Assembly (NCBI GenBank): GCA_038231135.1
Contig: JBBRLX010000020.1
Span: forward strand, 9,548 to 73,547
DNA length: 64,000 nucleotides
Origin: Candidatus Eiseniibacteriota bacterium
GTDB lineage: Bacteria; Eisenbacteria; RBG-16-71-46
Reading direction: 5' to 3'
The notes beneath the pieces are model-generated. The model was not told the origin of the DNA. It worked only from the letters and a program-made list of their open reading frames with translations, and searched no databases. Of this stretch, positions 57,597-64,000 are shown in pieces (the stretch's first letter is position 1; each line of letters begins with the position of its first letter). The translations under genes and the position numbers were made by a program.

Positions 57597-59879
57597 CTAC
57601 TGGACGCCGCGCCGGATCGCGGCGCGAACCCGCGCTGCGAATCGCGCTGGATCGAGTGGCTTGCGGATGTAATCGGTGGCGCCGGCTTCGATCAGCTCAC
57701 CTTCGATGTCGGCGTCGTCCTCGCTGGTGGCGATGATGACCGGGACCCGCGCGGTCTTGGGCATGGCACGGACGCACGCCAGCAGATCCTTGCCGTTCAT
57801 GTCCGGCATGTGCAGGTCGCTCAGGATCAGCGCGAAGGTCGAGCGCACGGACAACTTCTGGACCGCCGCCACGCCGCCGGCGGCCTCCTCCACCACGTAT
57901 CCCAGGCGCTCGAGGGACCGCCGTGCGGTCGCCCGGTACACGGGATCGTCATCGACGACCAGCACGTATGCGGGCTCCACGGCGCCCGCCTCGAGCTTCG
58001 GTGTGTCCGTCGACGATGCTTCGCCGGGCGCCTCGGGTTCGGTCGCGGGAATTCCGTTTTTGCCCTTGGGTACCGAGCCATTCCTGGCCCTGGGACTCGC
58101 AGCGGACGGGGTCGCGCTTCCCGCCGGTGTCGATGTGGATTCGGCTCCGGACCCGGCCGTGCCCGAAGCCGGTGTGCCGGCGGCGGTCACGACGGTGTCT
58201 CCCAGCACGCGCTCGATTTCGTCGAGCGTGGTCTCGCCGAGCGCCACGCGCTCGAGAGCGTTCTGCAGCATGCTCTGCATGCCGCCCGCGGCGGCGATCT
58301 TCTGGATCTCCAGCGTGGGGCGGCCGACGGCGATCGCGTTCACCATCTCCGTCGAGACCGGCAGGACTTCGAGCACGGGGAACCGGCCCTGGTATCCCGA
58401 CCGCGTGCATTGCGGGCAGCCGTCCACGCGCACCACCGGCTCGATGCCGTAGCGGAGCGCGAGCTCGTGCTCGTGGGGGGTGAGCACGCCGGCGATTCGT
58501 TGTGCGCACTGTTTGCACACGCGCCGCACCAGCCGCTGGGCCAGCACGCCGCGCAGCGTCGACGCGATGCTCGGGTAGTCCACGCCCAGATCCGCCAGCC
58601 GCGCGATCGAGCTCGCCGCGTCATTGGTGTGGAGCGTGGCCAGCACGAGATGTCCGGTCATGGCGGCCTGCACAGCGACACGGGCGGTCTCGAGGTCACG
58701 AATTTCGCCGACCAGGATGATGTCCGGGTCCTGGCGCAGGATCGCCCGCAGCGCGGACGGGAACGTGACGTTGCGCTTGGTCTCCACCTGGATCTGCGTG
58801 ATGTTCGGCAGGTCGTATTCGATCGGGTCCTCGACGGTCATGATGTTCACTTCGCCCGTCGCCAGTTCCCTCAGGATCGAGTACAACGTCGTGGTCTTGC
58901 CGGATCCCGTCGGCCCGGTCACGATCACGATGCCGTTCGGATGGCCGATCGCCGTGCGGATGCGGGCCTCGTCCCGCGGCAGCAGCTGGAGCTGTTCCAT
59001 GCCGTGGGAGCCGGCCTGCGCGAGCAACCGCAGCACCGCCTTCTCCGCATCGCGCGTGGGTACGGTCGAGATGCGCATGTCGATGAGCTTGCCGTCCACG
59101 GCGATGCGCGCGCGGCCGTCCTGGGGGCGCAGCCGGTCGGCGATGTCGAGTTTGCCCATGACCTTGATGCGCGACACGATCCGGTGCATGGCGACGATGG
59201 GCATCTCGAGATGCGTGCGCATGATGCCGTCGATGCGGAACCGCACCGTGCCCACGAGCCGGCCCGGCTCGAGGTGGATGTCGCTCACCCGCTGGCGCAC
59301 GGCGTCGCGCAGGATCAGGTTGGCGAGGCGCACGACCGGCGCGGCCTCGACCTCCTCCTGGTCCACGTCGGCGGGCGCCATGTCCTGGACGACCTGGACC
59401 GCGTTCGTCAGCTCATCCGCGTCCATGCCCTGCATCAGCCCCGTGATGCCGGCGTAGGCCTGATCGATTGCGTCGTTCACGGCCTCGGGGGAGGCGATCT
59501 CGAACGTCACCGCGCGCCCCGATGCGAACGCGGCGTCCTGCTCGACCTCGAAGTCCGTGGGATCCGCCGTGGCGACCCAGAACGTCCGGTCGTCCTCGCG
59601 GATCGGCGCGATGTGGAGTTGCCGGGCGGTCTTCTCCGGCAGTAATCGTGACGCCAGATGGGAGGCCGTCGAGAACTCGGCCACCGCGAGCCCGAAGTGT
59701 TTGGCCACGCGGGCCGCGAGTTCGTCCGGTTTCACTCCGCACGTCCTGCAGGCGATCGCCCAGGCCTCGGAGGTCGACAGCCCATCCGGCAGCAGCAGGG
59801 TCTCGGAGTCGGGCAGGCCTGCGCTCGACGCCACCTCGCGAAGCCAGTGGTAGGACGTGGGTTTCTCGAGTTGCTCCAT
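57597..59879 (-). CDS. GspE/PilB-family secretion ATPase fused to a C-terminal receiver domain
   Basis: SDIH.EP, R.PQDG, GPTGSGKTT, EDP.EY, LRQDPD.ILVGEIRD, TGHLVL.TLH, CxxC..CxxC; low-complexity linker; complete REC domain. Confidence 0.93.
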   Translation of the reverse strand: MEQLEKPTSYHWLREVASSAGLPDSETLLLPDGLSTSEAWAIACRTCGVKPDELAARVAKHFGLAVAEFSTASHLASRLLPEKTARQLHIAPIREDDRTFWVATADPTDFEVEQDAAFASGRAVTFEIASPEAVNDAIDQAYAGITGLMQGMDADELTNAVQVVQDMAPADVDQEEVEAAPVVRLANLILRDAVRQRVSDIHLEPGRLVGTVRFRIDGIMRTHLEMPIVAMHRIVSRIKVMGKLDIADRLRPQDGRARIAVDGKLIDMRISTVPTRDAEKAVLRLLAQAGSHGMEQLQLLPRDEARIRTAIGHPNGIVIVTGPTGSGKTTTLYSILRELATGEVNIMTVEDPIEYDLPNITQIQVETKRNVTFPSALRAILRQDPDIILVGEIRDLETARVAVQAAMTGHLVLATLHTNDAASSIARLADLGVDYPSIASTLRGVLAQRLVRRVCKQCAQRIAGVLTPHEHELALRYGIEPVVRVDGCPQCTRSGYQGRFPVLEVLPVSTEMVNAIAVGRPTLEIQKIAAAGGMQSMLQNALERVALGETTLDEIERVLGDTVVTAAGTPASGTAGSGAESTSTPAGSATPSAASPRARNGSVPKGKNGIPATEPEAPGEASSTDTPKLEAGAVEPAYVLVVDDDPVYRATARRSLERLGYVVEEAAGGVAAVQKLSVRSTFALILSDLHMPDMNGKDLLACVRAMPKTARVPVIIATSEDDADIEGELIEAGATDYIRKPLDPARFAARVRAAIRRGVQ

Positions 59880-60061
59880 TACACTCCGTTGGGGAGTTCC
59901 ATTCGAGCCTCGGACGCACCCGGGCGGCTGGAGAGTCCGGGGGTACGAGAGTGTTGCTTGAGTCCGCGCGTCTCTCGTGGGCCACGTAAACGCGGGGACA
60001 GCCGGCGTGGGAGGTGGGATGTGCCGGCAGCGCTCGAATTCCGTCCGAGGGATTACCGGGT

Positions 60062-60089
60062 CTATCGGCAGCTTGCGAAACGCCCTTGA
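60062..60089 (-). promoter_or_regulatory. Candidate sigma-28 (FliA/WhiG)-type promoter for the ATPase-Hpt-kinase operon
   Basis: Minus strand TCAAG-N15-GCCGATAG, about 180 nt upstream of ATG 59879; spacer about 1 nt longer than the usual consensus. Confidence 0.42.
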
Positions 60090-60191
60090 GGTCTCACATC
60101 CTGCACGGCGCCCACGGACTCCGCCCCCCGCGGCGGATGCCCGACACGGCAGGCCGTGGCAGGGAGTTGCCACGCTGTGGAGGCCCGAACC

Positions 60192-61112
60192 ATGGACGGA
60201 TCACCGGCACCGGTCATGACGACGCGTGGTGTCATCCTGGCGGAGCGCGCCGCCGCACACCTCGGGCGCCGGGCTGCGGGCTGGCGCCGGGTCCCCCGCG
60301 GCTACAGCCAGGCCGAGCGCATCGTCGTGACCCTCGACGACGGCGGCAGCGCGTTCGTGAAGGGCGCCGTCGACAGCTTCAGCGCGGCGTGGCTGCGCAT
60401 CGAGCACTCGCTCTACTCGGACGTGCGCGCGCCGTTCATGCCCGAGCTGCGCGGATGGCAGGACGACGGCGAGGCCCCGTTCCTGGTGCTCGAAGACCTC
60501 AGCGCCGCGCTGTGGCCTCCGCCCTGGACGCCCGCGCTCGTCGGGCGCGTGATCGAGACGCTGCGTTCGGTCGCGGCGCATGCTCCGCCGGCGTGGTGCG
60601 AGAGCATGGAGCACCGGCGCGCGTGGCTCGAGGGCTGGCCGCGCGTCGGGAGGGACCCCCAGCCGTTCCTGCGTCTCGGGCTCGCGTCCGAAGACTGGCT
60701 CGTCCGCTCGATCGACACGCTCGCCGCCGCCGAGCGCCTGGCACCGCTCGCGGGCGACGCGCTGCTGCACAACGACGTGCGCAGCGACAACCTGTGCGTC
60801 GTGGGTGACCGAGTCGTGCTGATCGACTGGAACTGGGCATGCCGCGGCAACGCCACGGTCGACGTCGCGGGCTGGCTGCCGAGCCTGGCCATGGAAGGCG
60901 GGCCCGAGCCCGAGTCGATCCTGCCGCGGGAGCCCGAACTGGCCGCGCTCATCAGCGGCTACTACGCTGCCCACGCCGGGCTGCCACCACCGGTCGGGGT
61001 TTCCACCGCGCTGCGGGCGCTCCAGCTCGCCCAGCTCCGCACGTCGCTGGCGTGGACCATCCGAGCGCTGCGGCTGCCGCCGCTCGACGGACCGTCGAAG
61101 GGCGATCGGTAG
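60192..61112 (+). CDS. APH/choline-kinase-like phosphotransferase
   Basis: FVK, LVLEDL, LLH.D...DN (Brenner motif) and IDW; GGAGG upstream. Alternative start 60216. Confidence 0.82.
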   Translation: MDGSPAPVMTTRGVILAERAAAHLGRRAAGWRRVPRGYSQAERIVVTLDDGGSAFVKGAVDSFSAAWLRIEHSLYSDVRAPFMPELRGWQDDGEAPFLVLEDLSAALWPPPWTPALVGRVIETLRSVAAHAPPAWCESMEHRRAWLEGWPRVGRDPQPFLRLGLASEDWLVRSIDTLAAAERLAPLAGDALLHNDVRSDNLCVVGDRVVLIDWNWACRGNATVDVAGWLPSLAMEGGPEPESILPREPELAALISGYYAAHAGLPPPVGVSTALRALQLAQLRTSLAWTIRALRLPPLDGPSKGDR

Positions 61113-61305
61113 GCCAGCCGGACCCCGATCCAACCCCGGTTCGGCCCAAACGCAGTCCCAATAAAGAATATTCAGGCGTTGGCATGGCCGGGCCACTCCT
61201 CTAGACTTGGGGCTGGCTAACCACATTTTTCCATGGGTTTCCGGTCCCCGGCGGCGCATCGACGTGCCCCGCGGGCGGGGGCCTAAACCATTGCTGGAGC
61301 TCCCA

Positions 61306-63234
61306 ATGCCCCGAAATACCGCCGCGCGTTGCCGCGCATTCGCGGTTTCTGTGGTTGCGCTGGTCGTGCTGGCGGGATTGTCGACGAGCCGGATGGCGGC
61401 GGCTGACCCCAATTTGAACGGCAAGCTGCAGGTTATTCATTTGGATGCGGCTCAGGGCGACGGTGCCGTGATGATCACGCCGGGCGGAACGGTCGTGATG
61501 TTCGACGACGGCAACAATACTCCGAATGGGGCTCCCAATAGTTGCGCCAGCGTGTATGCGCAGCTCCAGGCGCTAGGCATCACCCACGTCAATCTTCACT
61601 TCGCGAGCCACTACCACGCCGACCACATCGGCTGCATCACAACATTCCCTGGCATCACGATCGACGAGGGCTGGGATCGGGCTCAGAGCTATACGACCGC
61701 GACCTACACGAACTACGCGAACTTCCTCGCCACGGGCTCGAGGCGACGCACGCTCACGAAAGGCAAGGTGTTCACGCTCGACTCGCTGTCGGCGCATCCG
61801 GTAACAATTACGTGCATCGCGCTGGCGGGTGATGGCATCACGACTTCGGACGAGAATTCGAAGAGCGTCGTGCTCAAGGTCAGCTACGGCGAATACGACG
61901 AGGAGTTCGGCGGCGATCTGCCCGGATATCCGAGCGGTACCACGTCATCGAACACGAACATCGAGAGCAAGGTCGGACCGCAGGTTGGCAAGATCGAAGT
62001 CTACAAAGTCCACCATCACGGCTCCGCCTACGCGAGCTATGACGACTGGCTCAACGCGACGACCCCAAAGATCGGCATCATCTCCACCGGCACCGGCAAC
62101 ACGTTTGGTCACCCGACGGCCGCCGCCCTCACACGCTTGCACAATCACGGCGTCAAGACCTATTGGACTGAGACGGGCCAGGGCGTCGCCCCGATTCCCT
62201 CCGTAGACAAAGTCGCGAACGGCCCGATTCGTATCAACGCCGTATGGCAGGCCGGCGGCGTCGATTCGATCATTGCCAACGGCATCGCCGACTACATCAC
62301 CAACTCCGACCCCATCGCTCCCACGGTCTCGCTCACGACCCCCGATGGCGGCGAGACGGTCGCGGCCGGGCTGCCGACCAACATCGACTGGTCGGCTTCG
62401 GACAACGTGGCCGTCACGTCCGTGGACCTGGACTATTCGATCGACGGCGGGGCGAACTGGAACTACATCGACTCCGGTGTCGCCAACTCCGGCAGCTATT
62501 CGTGGCTGGTACCCAACACGCCGAGCGCGACGGCGCGGGTGCGCGTGAAGGCGCACGACGGCGGCGGCAACGTCACGACGGCGAGCAGTCTGAGCAACTT
62601 CACGATCGCCGACCAGACCGCACCGTTGACCCAGGTCGTCGTCCCGAACGGCGGCGAAACCTATTCCGGCGGCACGACGCAGACGATCTCGTGGCAGGCG
62701 TCCGATAACGTCAGCGTGAGCTCGTTCGACGTCGACTACTCGCCGCACGGCTTCGCCGGCCCCTGGCAGGTGGTGGCGCATGGACTGGCGTCCGCGCCCG
62801 ATAGCCTGAGCTGGACCGTGCCCAATACGCCGAGCGACAGTGCCGTCGTGCGCGTCACCGCCTACGATCCCGCGCACAACGCGGGGCCGGATGCGAGCGA
62901 CGCCTACTTCGTCATCGGTCCGAACGCGCTCGGCGTGGGAGGGGCGCATGGCCCGACCGCGCTCGAGTTCTACCGCCCGATGCCGAACCCGGGCCACGAC
63001 CAGGTCACGCTGCGGTTCGCGCTGCCGCTGGCGGGCAACGCGCGGCTCGACATGATCGACGTCGCGGGCCGCCACGTGTGGAACCACGAGCTGGGCGGCC
63101 TGTCGGCCGGCGAATACTCGGTGCGCTGGGACGGCCGCACGTCCGCCGGTCGCATCGCTCCCGGTGGCACGTATTTCGTGAGGCTCTCGACCCCGTCGGG
63201 CATGCGCGTCACACGCTTCGTGTGGCTGCCGTAG
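61306..63234 (+). CDS. Secreted ComEC/Rec2-like metallo-beta-lactamase-fold hydrolase with two Ig-like domains and a C-terminal sorting-like domain
   Basis: Signal peptide; QGD, SHYHADH, N..S, GD, HHGS and N.FGHP motifs; two P.GGE Ig repeats; terminal PNP...WDG...G.YF.RL. Confidence 0.87.
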   Translation: MPRNTAARCRAFAVSVVALVVLAGLSTSRMAAADPNLNGKLQVIHLDAAQGDGAVMITPGGTVVMFDDGNNTPNGAPNSCASVYAQLQALGITHVNLHFASHYHADHIGCITTFPGITIDEGWDRAQSYTTATYTNYANFLATGSRRRTLTKGKVFTLDSLSAHPVTITCIALAGDGITTSDENSKSVVLKVSYGEYDEEFGGDLPGYPSGTTSSNTNIESKVGPQVGKIEVYKVHHHGSAYASYDDWLNATTPKIGIISTGTGNTFGHPTAAALTRLHNHGVKTYWTETGQGVAPIPSVDKVANGPIRINAVWQAGGVDSIIANGIADYITNSDPIAPTVSLTTPDGGETVAAGLPTNIDWSASDNVAVTSVDLDYSIDGGANWNYIDSGVANSGSYSWLVPNTPSATARVRVKAHDGGGNVTTASSLSNFTIADQTAPLTQVVVPNGGETYSGGTTQTISWQASDNVSVSSFDVDYSPHGFAGPWQVVAHGLASAPDSLSWTVPNTPSDSAVVRVTAYDPAHNAGPDASDAYFVIGPNALGVGGAHGPTALEFYRPMPNPGHDQVTLRFALPLAGNARLDMIDVAGRHVWNHELGGLSAGEYSVRWDGRTSAGRIAPGGTYFVRLSTPSGMRVTRFVWLP

Positions 63235-63241
63235 GCCTGTT

Positions 63242-63260
63242 GCCCGGCTCATAGCCGGGC
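63242..63260 (+). terminator. Hairpin after the ComEC-like gene
   Basis: GCCCGGCT-CAT-AGCCGGGC, 7 nt after the stop; weak U-tract. Confidence 0.45.
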
Positions 63261-63324
63261 CGCAGTTCTTGCGCTCAGTGTGAAGCACGGCGACTCCGGG
63301 CACGCTCCGGAGTCGCCGATCTGC

Positions 63325-63362
63325 CGCGCGAAGCGCATCCCAGCGCGCGAAGCGCTTCCCAG
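63325..63362. repeat. 19-bp tandem duplication
   Basis: CGCGCGAAGCGCATCCCAG followed by CGCGCGAAGCGCTTCCCAG (one mismatch). Confidence 0.85.
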
Positions 63363-63623
63363 ATCTGTTACCAGTGTGCCCGGTCTGTCCCCACGAATTG
63401 TCTTGACGTGTTTTCGAGCCGAGCTTCCGATATCTCGCCACATGCCGTCCGGGTCCGCGCCTGCGCGCCCAGGCTGCGATCCCTCGATCTCGCACGCTCA
63501 TCGACGCGAACGCTTTCATGACGATGCGCTTCACGCGATCTCACGCGCTCTACGAGCGTGAAAACAGCCCACGCTACAATCATCGCGTCAACGCCCCCGC
63601 TCATCCATTCTCGTGAGCGACCC

Positions 63624-64000
63624 ATGAACAGCAACTCATTTCGCCACATCGCCAACCGCACCCTGCTTCAGAATCTCGCCGCGACGGTGCGTGTCGATTG
63701 CGGCACCACGGCCAAGATGCTCGGCGAGATCGGCGAGGTCGATGCGCGCAGGCTGTACCTGGGTGAAGGTTACCCGTCGATGTTCGCGTATTGCGTGCAC
63801 GTGCTGAACATGTCCGCCGACATCGCGTACAAGCGCATTCAGGTCGCGCGGGCCGCGCGGCGGTTCCCGGCGATTTTCGAACATGTCGCCGAAGGCAAGC
63901 TTCACCTGACCGCCATCGTGCTGTTGGCGCCGCATCTGAGGCCGGGGAATTCCAACGCCCTGCTCGCGGCAGCGATTCACAAGACCAAGCCCGAAATCCA
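63624..64000 (+). CDS. N-terminal part of an HNH-endonuclease-associated (DUF222-like) protein, runs off the window
   Basis: Not in the ORF track. MNSNSFRHIANRTLLQNLAATVRVDCGTTAKMLGEIGEVDARRLYLGEGYPSMFAYCVHVLNMSADIAYKRIQVARAARRFPAIFEHVAEGKLHLTAIVLLAPHL; the R.LY...GY.S.F.YC...L..S...AY.RI..AR pattern is the one I associate with this family. The HNH domain itself is not visible. Confidence 0.72.
   Translation, partial: MNSNSFRHIANRTLLQNLAATVRVDCGTTAKMLGEIGEVDARRLYLGEGYPSMFAYCVHVLNMSADIAYKRIQVARAARRFPAIFEHVAEGKLHLTAIVLLAPHLRPGNSNALLAAAIHKTKPEI

Noticed and set aside
57597..59879. A complete type II secretion or type IV pilus locus
   Set aside because: No platform, pilin, peptidase or secretin genes in the window.
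60192..61112. Aminoglycoside resistance gene
   Set aside because: Only generic APH/choline-kinase motifs; no mobile context; substrate unknown.
61207..63234. Horizontally acquired island suggested by apparently more A/T-ending codons
   Set aside because: An impression only, not computed; it could reflect Thr/Asn/Ser-rich secreted-protein composition, and no integrase or flanking repeats are seen.

Overview
A very GC-rich, gene-dense bacterial chromosomal segment with about 51 credible protein-coding genes. I saw no rRNA, tRNA, CRISPR array, integrase or transposase. Outer-membrane barrels, TolC and five secreted proteins ending in a T9SS-type-A/FlgD-Ig-like C-terminal domain point to a diderm organism; an FCB-related candidate phylum such as Ca. 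Eisenbacteria is an inference only. Contents in order: ArnT-like glycosyltransferase (partial), NCS1 permease, YncE-like propeller, K-channel-like protein plus ATL, a barrel-PepSY-TolC-MFP-RND-two-component operon, purple acid phosphatase copy 1, a ferritin-like protein, modABC with a one-lobed ModA, DUF2236/REC/O-methyltransferase/Tat dioxygenase, a Cys-rich repeat/IPT surface protein, BlaI plus an M56 repeat sensor, an L,D-transpeptidase, an M13 peptidase, phosphatase copy 2, an LLM monooxygenase, a MacB-like ABC exporter with a divergent two-component system, a MetE-like protein coupled to a hybrid kinase, a dihaem cytochrome-TPR, a lipoprotein trypsin-like protease followed by a stand-alone copy of its pro-domain, a GspE/PilB ATPase-receiver fusion with Hpt and hybrid kinase, a ComEC-like hydrolase, and a partial HNH/DUF222-like gene. 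Best candidates for undescribed systems: (1) the ATPase-REC/Hpt/kinase phosphorelay, (2) the MetE-fold protein plus kinase, (3) the protease plus free pro-domain lipoprotein, (4) a GTTCAG-N5-GTTCAG regulon, and (5) a pair of long palindromes sharing a core. All family calls come from reading motifs by eye; no database search was run.
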